The translations under genes and the position numbers were made by a program. Of a stretch of DNA of 64,000 nucleotides, positions 12,878 through 25,980 are shown piece by piece. A model generated the notes under the pieces. That model saw nothing but the letters and a program-made list of their open reading frames with translations. It searched no databases and was not told the origin of the DNA. Numbering within the stretch: position 1 is the first letter of the stretch; each line of letters begins with the position of its first letter. This DNA comes from Chiloscyllium plagiosum (lineage: Eukaryota). The stretch is taken from contig NC_057720.1 in assembly GCF_004010195.1 (NCBI RefSeq), forward strand, positions 26,548,890-26,612,889. Reading direction: 5' to 3'.

Positions 12878-14195
12878 TTATAGAGTCAAACTGATCCTTT
12901 GGTCCAACTAGTCTACGCTGACCATGTTCCCAAACTAAACTAGTCCCACTTGCCTGCATTTGGCCCAAATCCTTCCAAACCTTTCCATTCATGTATTTAT
13001 CCAAATGTCTTTTAAACATTGTAGCTGTACCTGCATCCACCATTTCCTCTGACAGTTCATTCCACACACTATTCACTGTGTAAGAAAAGGTTGCCCATCA
13101 TGTCCTTTCTAAATTTTCTACTCCTACCTTAAAAATATGTCCTTAGTTTTGAACTACCACACCTTTGCTATTCGTCTTATCTATGCTCCTCATTATTTTA
13201 TAAACCTCCATGAAGTTATCCCTCAACCTCCTACAGTCCAATAAAAATAGAACAGCCTATCCAAACTATTTTTATACCTTAAGCCTCCATTCCCAGCTGG
13301 ATCTTGGTAAATCTTTTCTGAACCTTTTCCAGTTTAATAATATCCTTCCTATAACAGGGTGATCAGAACTGCAAACAGTACTCCAGAAGAGGCCTCACCA
13401 AAGTCCTGTACAACCTCAACATGTTGCCCCAACTCCTATACTCATAGGTCTTAGCAGTGAAAGCAACTCTCCTAAACAATTACTTAACTGCCCTGCCTAC
13501 CTATGACAAAATTTTCAAAGAATTATGTACCTGAACCCCTAGATCTTTCTGTTTTGCAATACAACCTGGGGCCTTATCATTATTTGTCTAAGTCCTGACC
13601 TCATTTGTTTTACCAAAATGCAATACCTCATATTTTCCAATTAAAAACCATCTGCCACTCCTCAGCCCATTGGCCAAATTGGTCAAGATCTCTTTGCAAT
13701 CTTAAATAATTTTCTTCACTGTCCATTATACCACCAACTTTGGTGTCATCTGAAAACTTACTAACCGTATCTCCTATATTCTCATCCAAATTGTTTATAG
13801 AAATGACAAACAAACGTGGACCCAGTACCCATCCCTGCAGAACACTACTGGTCCTCCACTACCATCATCTCTCCTACAGTAAAGCCAATTTTGTATCTAA
13901 TTGGCAAGCTCTACCTGAATCCCATGTGATCTAACTTTACTAATTAGTCTACCATGTGGAATCTAGGCTTTACTGAAGTCGAAGTAAACAATATTTGCTG
14001 CTCTGCCCTCAATTTTTTTAGTTACTTCCTCAACAAACTCAATCAAGATTGTAAGACATGATCTCTCTCACATAAAACCATGCTCTCTATCCTTAATCAT
14101 TCCTTGCCTCTCTAAATGCAGGTAAATCAGACCTTTCAGCATCTTCTCCAACCTGCCCACCCACCAAAGTCAGACTGACAGGTCTATAGTTTGCA
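12878..14195 (-). mobile_element. CR1 LINE RT to 3' end
   Basis: NYRPVSLT, SKFSDDTKVGG and LQRDLDQ..WQM.FN motifs plus 3' UTR. Confidence 0.9.
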
Positions 14196-15332
14196 GAGGC
14201 AGTGTTCTTACATAACAAAGAAGTTTGTTGCATGATATCAATTAGTACAACTATATTTCCGTAATCAGGCCTGATTATTAATACCTTAAGGAGCTGATAC
14301 AGATGCATTTTCACCCTCTGAAACCTACAATGGAACACATTGTCCTCACTCACAGAATTAAGAGACATCAGTAGTATCACTGGAGCTAATGCAATATGAA
14401 CATTAACCCCAACCGAACAATTACCTCATCTTACTTTTCTCTGAAGTATCCCATAATACATTCAAACTTCAGAACGGTTACCATACACTTTTCCCAAGTC
14501 ACTGACTTCAAAAAGCAGGTTGTCTGGATGTTTCACACGTTTCTCAGAACACACTATCTTCTGTCATTTTTTGTAGATGGTAGTGTTGTTGGTACATTAT
14601 CTTTTCTGCAGAAACTTTAATCTTCCTAATTTTCTTCACAGAGGAACTCTTCTCTGCTATAACAAGTAGGTGCATTATAACACCAACAGCTGCCTTGTTG
14701 ACGTTAATACTTGGTTGCCTGTAATGTTCTGGATAAAGCAATTATTTTCTATGTTCTGTAACTCTCTTTTACATTCCTTGACCTTCCCATTCTCATCTAA
14801 TTGTCATTTTTCATAAAGATTATCATTTTTCCCTTAAGGATCTCCAAATTTGGCTTACAAATCCTTCAGTTACCCCCCACACAGCTTCCTTTGCTCTCGC
14901 CTCTGTAATTGCTAAGTGTGCTGGCCTTTCTCTCTTTTCCTGACCTAGATCCTTGTATTGGCACCAAGTGTTGCCTTTGGAGTGTTGAGCCTTTTAGCTA
15001 TTTCTTTGGCCATTCCTGTCTCTCTCTGTTGACAATTACACTTCTTTCCTCTTAAAGTGATAATGATCTTTAAGTGGTAAACTAATTAATGTGATCCTTT
15101 CTCCTTTTCTTCTGGATCTTTACACATTTCTTCCATTCATGGTGTGGGCCAGATCTGTGTTCTGCAACCATGTGGTATTTTACCAGATGACCATTCCTGG
15201 TACCTTGTGATATTTGCCACCTGTACTCATATGGAATCCTAGATGAGGGTTGTTTGAGATAGTCTGCTGCAACAATCTTTCTTCATTAATGTATTCTTGG
15301 GCCTAACTGATAATTAGACAAGGTGGATAATA

Positions 15333-15419
15333 GGTAAAAACAATGACTGCAGATGCTGGAAACCAGATTCTGGATTAGTGGTGCTGGAAGAGCACAGCTG
15401 TTCAGGCAGCATCCAAGGA
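15333..15419 (-). mobile_element. Family A element truncated before the ribozyme
   Basis: GATAATA direct repeat at 15326-15332 and 15420-15426; matches 17392-17474 in reverse. Confidence 0.75.
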
Positions 15420-16089
15420 GATAATATACCATTGTTGAGTATCTGCAGAAGAGACATGATTCTATCATGCAATAAACCGCCTTGTTGCATAAGAAAAAAT
15501 GTACAACACCTGGTCAGGTATGATTAGTCAAATCTAAGGGATCTAGTATAGATGTATCTACTCCCTCTGAAAACAAGAGTAAAACTTCCTACCTCCACCA
15601 ACATGAACATAAGCCCCTTCAGAACCATTCCCTCACACAACGGTCTTGAGATGTGAGATTCTCTCCCTAATCATTTCGGTTTCTCTCCTCACTTAAGCTG
15701 CTCCTAAAAATCACTTATTTATCAAGTTTTGCTGATCTATCATAACCCTCAGAATTAGAGAAAATCTGAGATCTCAAATTATCATTGGGCTTATGATGAG
15801 GTTAAAGAGATGAGCAGGCGATGCAGCCAAAAAAAAAAGTTTGTAAGTGTTGCATTATGGCATAGATTCCAGACAAGATACGCCTGTATCTTTAAAAGCA
15901 GGTATATTAAACTACAATATGTGACATTCAAGTATAACAATACCCACCTAACCTTCAGTCAGTATTGAATGGAATCAGTGTCGTATGTTCAATCAGTCAG
16001 TCAGTTATGTAATGTAACATCAGTGAGCACAGAACCCAGACTATGTGTGTAAGTCTGATATTTAGAGTTATGAATAGAAATGTATAAAC

Positions 16090-16400
16090 TAAGACAAGTC
16101 AACCATTCAAGCCTGCTTTGTCGTTCATTGGGAGCACGGCGATTCTCTATCTCAGAGCCATATTCCAAATTTCTCCCCAAAAACCTTTGATGCTTTTAAT
16201 ATCTAGAAATGTGCCAATCCCTTTCTGTATTATACTCAGTGACCCGGTCTCCACAATCTTTAGTGTCAGCAAATTCCAGAGTTTGACCACGCTCCAAGTG
16301 AAGAAATGTTTCCTCATCTCAATAATAAATGGCCTGCCCTATATCCTGAGACCCTGACCCCGGTTCTAACCTCCCCACACAGGGGAAACACGGATTAGCC
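16090..16400 (-). mobile_element. CR1 3' end, degenerate
   Basis: TRG..LRI.GRPF..EMRKHFFT motif in reverse. Confidence 0.7.
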
Positions 16401-16480
16401 CGTCTAGCTTTAGACTGCAAGACATCTACCCCAACAGGAAAATATCCTGCTCTGTGGGTGGGCTACGTAGACCAACATAT

Positions 16481-17546
16481 AAAGCCCTGGGTTTCCCATC
16501 ATAACCTCTCTTCCCTATCCACCAACTTCACTCTGTCATCTGTCCACTGTTGAAGAGTGAAGTGGAGAGCTCCTGACTTAGTGCCCTATGTTACATACAA
16601 AATTCACCAACAAGGAGAGATTTTCAAATTTGAAGCAATTCAGACCATTAGTTAACATATATCAGCAAGAACAGTGTTGACAGATAAAATGGGACTTGAC
16701 ACCAGTTCAAACATAAGCAGCAGAACCTTGGGTGAGCTTAAGTTTACTGAGATAGGAGATGGAAGGTTGTCCGGGAGAACATTAGAGCAGTTGTATTTGG
16801 TGCTAATAAAGGCATAGATAAGACCTTTAGCAATACATAAGCTGAATCACAGACAGAAGTCAGAGGTGTTACGTGGTTGAACTCGGCAATGCAGATGATA
16901 TAAGCTTGGAAACTCAACCAAAGCTAACATAGGGCACTAAGGTCAGGAGCTCTCCAGTTCACTCTTCAACAGCGCCCACACCTCCTCCCTCACCTCTATC
17001 CAAGGCCCTAAAGGAGCCTTCCCATCCATCAAAGTTTTACCTGCACATCCACTAATATCATTATTGTATCCGTTGCTCCCGATGCAGTCTCCTCGAAACT
17101 GGGGAGACTGGGCGCCTCCTAGCAGAGCGCTTTAGGGAACATCTCCGGGACACCCGCACCAATCAACCACACTGTCTGGACTTGTCCTACCTGCCTATCT
17201 CCTTTTCCACCTATCCACTCCACCCTCTCCTCCCTGACCTATCACCTTCATCCCCTCCCCCACTCACCTATTTTACTCTATGCTACTTTCTCCCCACCCC
17301 CACCCTCTTCTAGCTTATCTCTCCACGCTTCAGGCTCTCTGCCTTTATTCCTGATGAAGGGCTTTTGCCCAAAATGTCGATTTCGCTGCTCCCTGGATGC
17401 TGCCTGAACTGCTGTGCTCTTCCAGCACCACTAATCCAGAATCTGGTTTCCAGCATCTGCAGTCATTGTTTTTACAACAGTGGACAGACAACAGAGTGAA
17501 GTTGGTGGATAGGGAAGAGAGGCTATGGTGGGAAACCTAGGGTTTT
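16481..17546. repeat. ~113-bp inverted duplication; right arm split by a Penelope insertion
   Basis: Arm 1 at 16481-16593 is the reverse complement of 16925-16972 plus 17481-17546, with few mismatches; the spacer is an L2-like remnant. Confidence 0.9.
16973..17474 (+). mobile_element. Penelope-like element 3' fragment (GIY-YIG plus hammerhead terminus)
   Basis: NII/YCIRCSRC..ETGETGRLLAERFREH; CAACAG TSD at 16967-16972 and 17475-17480; decayed hammerhead at 17347-17382. Confidence 0.9.
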
Positions 17547-18159
17547 AATCTTAACATTTAAATGGAGGAAAGTTTCAGCATCCATGCTGCTGTGTGATTC
17601 TCTTCAATGCTAGACCTTTTTGTTGCATACATAACATTACCTTAATAATAGACTAAAGGGCAAACAGCAGCACTTACAAAGTTGTCTTTAATTAGTGCAT
17701 AAAAGTCGGCAACAAGTCATTAAAAATATTAATAACAGTGTGCACATTAACCCAGATTACTCCCCCAAGGAATTGTAACTGCGTGAACTAAAATTGGGCT
17801 AATATTCTGTTAGTGCTGACCAACCAGATTAGCAGCATTATCACATACTTACACACATGAGCTGTAACATTTCAAGGAATCACATCCCTATTTGTACTGT
17901 GTGCCGTCTCACTCCCAGCTGTTAATGTCTGAGGGCAAAAGAGATAGCAATGTGATTTTTCTGAAGCAGTTTCTAAAAAATTCATGCTCTCTGCCTTACG
18001 TGAAATCTTTGAATATCTATTGTCATATTGAATCAAATAATAGATACTTTTATTTGTATTAATGTACCCTTAAAAACTCACAAATATTAAAGTTCTTCCA
18101 AAAGACTAAAGCATGTCTCAATAAAGTAAAAAGAGTTACATTTCCAAATCTGCTAAACC

Positions 18160-18480
18160 CAGAATGTAAGAAATGGGAGCAACAGCAGGCCATGACTCTC
18201 CAAGAAAATTCAGTGTGATTGTGGCTGATATTGGCATCAATTCCACTTTCCCTTTTGCTCCCCTTAGCCCTCAATTCCCTTGGGCATCAAAAATGTGTCT
18301 ATCAGTGTTGGCAAATCCATAACCTCCTAGGGTAGAGAGTTCCAAAGATTCACAATAACTTAAGTGAAGAAATCGTCATCTCAGCCCTCAGTGAGCAGTT
18401 CCTTATCCTGAAACTCTGCCCTCTTATTCCACATTTCCCAGCTGGAGAAATAACATCCCAGTACGTACCCAGTCAAGTTT
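18160..18480 (-). mobile_element. CR1 3' end, degenerate
   Basis: Homologous to 16090-16400. Confidence 0.6.
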
Positions 18481-18515
18481 AAACATAAGACCATAATAAA
18501 TAAAAGTGGAAGTAC

Positions 18516-18665
18516 AAATGTTTCAGTGAGATGCACTGAAACAGAGTACTTGAGTCTAAAGGCTTGGGCCGAAGGGCCTGTTTCCACACTGTAAGTAATC
18601 TAATCTAATCTAAAAAAAAATGTTTCAGTGAGATGCACTGAAACAGAGTACTTGAGTCTAAAGGC
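18516..18665 (+). repeat. 48-bp exact direct repeat flanking a 54-nt HE1 3' tail
   Basis: 18516-18563 equals 18618-18665; insert is ttgggccgaagggcctgtttccacactgtaag(taatc)n-polyA. Confidence 0.95.
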
Positions 18666-18679
18666 ATAAATAAAGACAT

Positions 18680-21375
18680 TTAGGTATGATCTAATTGCCA
18701 TTACAGAAACATGACTATCAGGTGACCAGGAATGTAAAGCAAATGTTCAAGAATATTTGATGTTTAGGAAACAGAAGAGGAGGGAACAGAGTGGAGGATT
18801 GCAGTTGCATTAATAATAAGGGATGGGATCAATGGGTTAGTAAGGGACGATCTCAGGTCAGAAGAACAATGTGTGCGACATGTTTGAGTGGAGCAAAGAA
18901 ACAGCAAAAGGACAGCAGACATTGGTTGGAGTTATTTATAAGCCACCAAAATGTAATGGTAGTGTGGAGCATGTTATTAATTAGAAAAAGAGAGAAGCCT
19001 GTAGCATGAGTAAATCAATAATCATCTGTGAGCTTAAATCTCCAGTCAGAATGTACAAACCAAACAAGCACTCAAGCTAGGGAGTATATGTTTCTGAGGT
19101 GTGCTAGAAATGGTTTCCTAGAATATTATGTTGAGGAATTGTCTGGAAGCTATTTTAGATCTGGTATGATGTTATGAGAAAGGCTAATTAATAATCGTGT
19201 TGTAAATGAAGCTTTAGTGATGTGTGGCCGCAATACAAGGAGAGGAGGAATAGAATATAAATGCAATCGAGCAACAACATAAAAATTGGACTAGAAAAGC
19301 TTTGACAGGCACTTAAAAAGGAAATATTTGGCAAAAGCAAATGTGGGCCTATTTCAGGCAGTCAGAAAAATGTATAAAAGAGGACTAGAGACATGGTAGT
19401 GAACCCAAATGATTATTTTGTGTCTGTTTTCACTGAGGAAGATACAAGAAGTCTCCCAGAATTATAAATTTAAATGATTAGGTTGAATAAGGAGTTGAAA
19501 TAAATTCGTATTGGTGAGAGAGTTGTCCTGGAGAAATTAATTGGGTTGAAAGTCGATATACCTCCAGGACCAATTGTCTACATCCCAAAGTGTAGATAAG
19601 AAAGATCAATGCATTGGTGATCATCTTGTAAAATTTTATAGATTCTGAAATGATTCCTGTAGATTGGAAACTAGCAAATGTCACCCTACTATTTAAATAA
19701 GAGCAAGGTAAGAAATAGGGAACTACAGACCTGTTAGCCTGACATTAGGAATAGAAAATCTATTATAGGGATAGGATAAATGAACATTTGGATTAAATTG
19801 CTCAGATTGGTAATTACTAATCTGGGTTTGCAGTTGGAAAATTGTATTTGACAACGCTGTGGCTTTTGAGAATGTTACTTACTAAATTGATACAAAGGGA
19901 ACAGGAAATTGATGTATAAGATTTTTTTTTAAAACAAGGGTTTCCCATGGGAGATTCCTTAGCAAAATTAAAGCACATAGGACAGGAAGTGATGTGCTGG
20001 CATGGATTGGCCAAAAGTCCACGAACAGAGATCAGGAATCAATTGGCTGGATGTGTTGACAGGGGTACTGCAAAAGTTAGAACTTGGGCCCCAACTGTTC
20101 ACAATATAAATCAATGATTTGGATGTGCAGACCAAAAGCAACACATCCAAGTTAATATCTGATACAAAGCTAGGCAGGAATGTGTGAGACATAAGTGTGT
20201 TAGGTAGATAAAAAGTGCCTTCAAGGTTTGGATAGGGGTACTGAGTGGGCAGGAACATGACATTTAGAACATAATGTGGAACAATATGAAGTATCCACTT
20301 CTGCAGAAAGAACAGATATGTGGAGTATTTTTTAAAATGATAAGAAGTTGAAAAATGTCGATGTACAAAAGGACTCGGGTGTCCTTGTCAATAAAACAAG
20401 CTATTAAAGGTGGCTAATGGAATTTTCACTTACATCACTGAAGAGTTTGAGTACAATACCTGTGAAGTCTTGCTTCAACTGCATAGAAGCTTGGTTAGAC
20501 CAGACTTACAATACTACACGTAGTTTTAGTTTATTTACCTCAGGAAGAATATTATTACCATTGAGGGAGTGTACTGAAGGTTCACCAAACTTGTTCCTAG
20601 GAAGACAGATTGTACAAACTGAGCCTGAATTCTCTTGAGTTTTGTAGAATAAGAGGCAGTCTCATTAAAACTGACAATATACTTAAAAAGGGTTGGAAAG
20701 AGTAGCTCTAGATAAGATGTTTATCTGGATTGGGAGTCTAGAACAAAAGGGAGACAATGGAAAATAAAAGGAAATGCCACTTAGGACTGTGAAGAGGAGA
20801 GTTTTTTCATTAGAGGATTAGAAGCATAGAATCCCTACAGCATAGAAGCAGGTGATTTGGCCCATCAAATACACACTGACCCTTCAAAGAGCATCTCACC
20901 CAGACCCTCCCCCGTCCCTGTAACCCTGCATTTCCTTTGGCTAATCCACCTAGTCTGCACATCCCTGAACACTATGGACAATTTAGTATGCCCAATCCAA
21001 CTAAGCTTCACATCTTTGGAATGTGGGAGGAAACCGGAACACCCGGAGGAAACTCACACAAGCACGGGTAAAATGTACAAACTCCACACAGACAGTCGCC
21101 CGAGGCTGGATTCGAACCCTGGTCCCTGGTGATGTGAGGCAGCAGTGCTAACCACTGAGTCACATGCTGCCCAAACCTTTGGAACTCTGCACTCCAGAAA
21201 ATTGTGGAAGCTTAGGCTTTGGGAATGTGAAAAGTAAAGATTGCTAAATTTCTGTTTACCAGTGACATACAGAGTTATGGGGAAGAGTGTAGGTAAAAGG
21301 TATTGAAGTGCTCAATCTGCCACAATAACATTAAAAGAAGAAGAAAGCTGAATGGCCTTTTCATCCTTCCCTATG
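18680..21375 (+). mobile_element. Long degenerate CR1 (endonuclease, RT, 3' end)
   Basis: DLIAITET, VIYKPP, GNYRPVSLT and LGPQLFTI motifs with many stops. Confidence 0.85.
20822..21172 (-). mobile_element. HE1-type V-SINE nested in CR1
   Basis: V-domain ggaggaaaccggaacacccggaggaaac and tRNA head in reverse. Confidence 0.9.
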
Positions 21376-21659
21376 AATCTCCAATTGAGATCTGATTGAC
21401 TGCTTTAGCTGCCCCAGTCAATGCCCTCCTGTCATCACTGTTACCTCTTTGCTTAACCATAATTTCTCTTCATGTTTGGAATGACCTGATGCAAAGGGAA
21501 TAAAGAATCACTGCTTCTTTGGACCATCTGTATGTTCAAATCTCTCTGTCCATTAATAAAACCTCTAACCCTTGTCAAAGCTCTTTCTTAGCATTAGTTA
21601 TATCATTGATACCACAATAACTGGGTTTGTCCCTTCCCTTTCTAACTATCTCCAAAGCT

Positions 21660-21790
21660 CGGGGAGGGATATGGGCCGGGTGCTGGCAGGTGGGACTAGA
21701 TTGGATTGGGATATCTGGTCGGCATGGACAGGTTGGACCGAAGGGTCTGTTTCCATGCTGTACATCTCTATGACTATGACTATGACTCAG
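21660..21790 (+). mobile_element. CR1 3' UTR tail, 5'-truncated
   Basis: ggaccgaagggtctgtttccatgctgta followed by (ctatga)n. Confidence 0.8.
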
Positions 21791-23237
21791 AGATGGCCTT
21801 AACCCTGAACACTGAGCAGGCGACACCAGCCTAGGACACATGCTCTCAATTGCAGGGAAGAGCAATGATCCCTGTAATGACACATTACGCCTCTCTCACT
21901 CCAATGACATTCCCATTTATCATCCACTGAATGTCTCCTTGCATCAGGATGTTATGGTCAGTTTACACTAGTGAGCCAGCACTCATTCACATAAACGGCA
22001 AGAACCTCAAACTGGTGAGACAAGTTGCACTTGCTGAGGCTCCTCTTGTGAGATGCGCTACCTCCCTCATTCACTGTCACACCTGCTGGTGCATGACCTG
22101 ATATAAAAGGTATGAGTGCCTTTGGAACAAAATGTCCAGATAATCTTCCCTTTCTCTAATGCTTTGAATGTTCTAAGTTTGACTTCAGCTTCACTGTAGT
22201 GTTTTAGTAAGCTATTGTTAATCATGAGATTAAAAATTGTTTTATCAGTAAGGGTATCAAGGGTTATGGGAAATAGAAAGGAAGGCAGAGTTGAGGATTA
22301 TCCAATCAGCCATGATCTCATTGAATGGCAGACAGACTTGATGAGCTAAATGGCCAATTTTTGCTGTTATGTTTTATGGTCTAATGGATGGCACATCGAA
22401 CATTTCAAATGGCATCTGGAAGTACCATCTTAAAGGAAGGTTCGCATGTTAACTCAAAGGAAGTTTAATAACTGTTCAGTGCCGAAACATTTGTTATTAA
22501 TGGAGGGAAGAGTAGCTATATAGTACTCCCTTTTGGATATTATTCTAAATGATTGTGGAAAAACAAAACATTCAGTGCTTTATAATTTGACAGTGTTCAG
22601 TTCATCATGTACTAAATGTGATCTTGCTTAGTTGTGCTAAGGCAAACTCACAGCAAGTAATTGCATGAGAGTACTTTTTTTTTTACACATGTTCCCTTGG
22701 AAACAGCTGCCGAGTCGAATCTTTTTGATGTGTATAAATGCTTGTTTCATCTGTCTAACGGTTAACATTGGAGGTCATCAAAATGTGGTTACATGATTAT
22801 CAAAGTTGAAATGAAGCTTTCTGCTATTTCTAAAAAAATGTTTGTTGGTGATGTTTTGTCACGTGACATTAAATTAAATATGTACTCACAAAATCAACAC
22901 TTTGAGTTGCTCATAAGTAATCAAAATAATAGCAAATCACCTACTAATATTAAACCAAATTATATTGCCTGTTGAAATACTTAGGCTATGAGACTCTTCC
23001 ATTATGCATTGCATTTTGAATCATTATATTGAAGATAAAATAACAAACTGGTGCATTGCAGCTAACAAGGCCTTGAAGAATGCAATTTATGCTCACAGTT
23101 CTCCACTGTAAAAGTCGCCAATCTCAGAATGTCATTAAACTGAGCAATGGCTATGTGTTTTCCTGCACAAAAAAAACAGAAGATGAATCAACAGTTCAAC
23201 CCATTTTTACATACCTTCTCAGGGTTGCATCAAGAGG

Positions 23238-23280
23238 AGCATTGAGACAGCCATAGCAGCATTGAGACAGCCATAGCAGC
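23238..23280 (+). repeat. 20-bp tandem duplication
   Basis: AGCATTGAGACAGCCATAGC twice. Confidence 0.9.
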
Positions 23281-25207
23281 AGGTCAATAGTAGCTGAAAA
23301 CAGTGAGCTGTGGCAACATGCAAACACAAAGTAGGAAAATTAAAATAGAAAGCGCAGAGGATTCAAAAGCTTACAAAATGATGTTTGATCTCATATGCAG
23401 TTCCATGACAAGTGAAGTTTAAAACTGCTCAAAGTCTGGCTCACAACTGAAGTGTGTAGAGATAAATGGAACTGGATTGCTGTGAGAAGGGCAAAATTGT
23501 AAATGAGACAGTAGAGTTCTTGGTTGCTGAGTCTGAGTTTTCTTGCTGTTTTGCTCACATGGTGAGTTTACCTGACTGGTACAGGTCTGTGGGCTTCCTA
23601 CTCAGGACTTTATCAGCATGGAAGCATGGGTGGGGATGGTGGTGGTGGTGGTAGGATCTACACACACCTCCCATCAGCCTGGGTTACATACGAGACCAGT
23701 CTGAAAAATCATTAGAATGAGCTATAAAGAAAAAAGTAGAAAACTCAAGTTTCACACAGTCAAGAAAGCAATCAGTTAAGCAGGATCTTAAATTATATAA
23801 AACAGTATACAGAAAGGTAATCTCAGGTTATTACTTCAAAAGTAAAGGGACCAAGACGAGGCACTTAAATAACGCCTATTGAAAAGTAAATTCAGAGGAA
23901 TCTTCTCTGATCAGTGAGTGATAAAGTTTGAAACAATTTACAGAGCAAAATAATATAACCACTTAAATCATTCAAAACGCAAGGGTCAAGAAAATCAGAC
24001 TGTACATGTTTTATTGGAGAAAAATGAATTCCCAGAGGTTCAGTAGGCGTGCATGAATGGCACTATCTGTCACATTGGACTGGATTGACACATCTACAGC
24101 ACAACACGTAAGCATAAAACATTTTTAGACAAAAACAAGCATTGCAAGCTTGTTTTAGATTGTGTTACATTACAGTATGGCCCAGCACCTGACTTGCCAC
24201 TTGATAATCTTATCCAATTCTTGAACAGCAAGAACACTTCAAGAATAATCGGGGACTGCATTCCAGCCCCTTGGTTTGCTGGTTAACTTTGTAGTTTTTG
24301 TATAGTTGAACAATTGATTTCAATTTTGGAAATATTGTTCCAAGGGTTTTGAAACTGCTTTGACTGTTGTCTTTCTGCTCTCCAAACATTTTATTTCATC
24401 CCTGGATCACCATAAGACCTAACAAGTCTCTAATTTGAAGAAATAATCTCCAGCAAAATTTTCTTTTCTCAGATGTGAAGGGCAACTGTGATTTCTTGAT
24501 GTTTCCTAATGCACTGGTGGAGTGTCCTGACAGCTTATAACAATGGCTGGTCTAACACTCAGGAAGACTTGAATATAGCAGTAGTGAAGACTAATTAAGA
24601 AAAAAAAACTGACACATAAGTTGAAGATTCCAGGACTCAAATGAACATAACCACTTAAGACAAGCAATTGAAATTCTCCCTTTCCTTTCTATCTGCTTTT
24701 CTCTCTGATCTAAGAATCAATTTCAGATTAATTCTGAAGACAATGCTGGAGGTGAAGAAATGAAGCCCTCTTTTGTGGTAGGAATTTCTTTTTCAAAAGG
24801 CAGCAATATCAGTATGACACACAATGTGGCTGAGGTGCAGACAAGAACAATCTCAGGGACTCTGCAAGTAAATTGGGTTGCACCATTGTGGATAACTGAA
24901 TACACTGCCAAAACAGGATCAAGATGAAAGACCTTTGCAATGTTCTAATCTGTAGATCCACTTGAAAGGTCTACCTCATTTTACAAGTAATCTCTGCCAT
25001 TAATGAGGGAACAAAGGTAGTTGTACTCTCACTCATTGTTCACAAACTTAGCAGAAAGTTTTCTTTGGCTAATCATTCACAGTTACCCCTTCAAGTTCTG
25101 AAATCTCTATCAGAGATTTATTTTCCCTCTATCAATAGTTGTCTGAACGCAAGGTTTTTATAAAATTGTTCTGGTTCTATTTTGAAGTGTTGAGACTTTT
25201 ATTCTGC

Positions 25208-25372
25208 ATGATTTGGAGATGGCAGTGTTGGACTGGGGTGTTAAAAGTTAAAAATCACACAACACCAGGTTATAGTCCAACAGGTTTATTTGGAAGCACC
25301 AGCTTTCAGAGCAGTGCTTCCAAATAAACCTGTTGGACTATAACCTGGTGTTGTGTGATTTTTAACTTTGGT
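25208..25372. mobile_element. Family B Penelope-derived snap-back element
   Basis: ~55-bp inverted arms folding inside the hammerhead; CATGATT at 25207-25213 and 25376-25382. Confidence 0.8.
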
Positions 25373-25762
25373 CCACATGATTGAAGAGCATATTCTCACT
25401 CCATAATCCAAACCTTTCGGATTCAGCAGTCACTGCACATGGCTGTAGAAAGTTTCAAAACTTCACTCACTTTCATTAGTCATTGACCTTGTTTTGTTCT
25501 TGTTTACTGTCGTCACCTAGACTTCACTCCACACCACATGAAACTTCATCAAACTATGGCTATATTTATTGCCCCTATAATCTTCTTGCAATAAATAGAC
25601 AATTTTATTTCTTCTTTATCTTCTTCAGGAAAGGACTGGTTCTCCCAAAACAGATGTTTGGTTTTCAAGAACAGTGTCACCTTAATCCAAAGATGCAGGA
25701 AGGTCCAAAGTCTCAGACTCAAGCTACTAAAGATTGAGTTATGACTCCCTTATTTGTAACTA

Positions 25763-25980
25763 TAAACTGAAAAGAACAGTGACTGGTCACTGTCGTCTCT
25801 CCTCTAATTCCCAGCATCAGCTTTGAGGAAAATGAAAGGCCTCAACAACCTTTGTGGGCGGCACGGTGGCACAGTGGTTAGCACTGCTGCATTAAACTGA
25901 AAAGAACAGTGACTGGTCACTGTCGTCTCTCCTCTAATTCCCAGCATCAGCTTTGAGGAAAATGAAAGGCCTCAACAACC
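25763..25980 (+). repeat. 88-bp exact direct repeat flanking a 42-nt HE1 5' head
   Basis: 25763-25850 equals 25893-25980; insert is tttgtgggcggcacggtggcacagtggttagcactgctgcat. Confidence 0.95.

Noticed and set aside
14220..15290. Gypsy gag/protease remnant (similar hints at 10780-11180 and 60200-60530)
   Set aside because: The similarity is too faint to support without a profile search
25208..25372. DNA-transposon MITE interpretation of the palindromic elements
   Set aside because: Arms are asymmetric, TSD lengths vary (6-18 bp), and the sequence is hammerhead-bearing and, for family A, contiguous with a Penelope ORF
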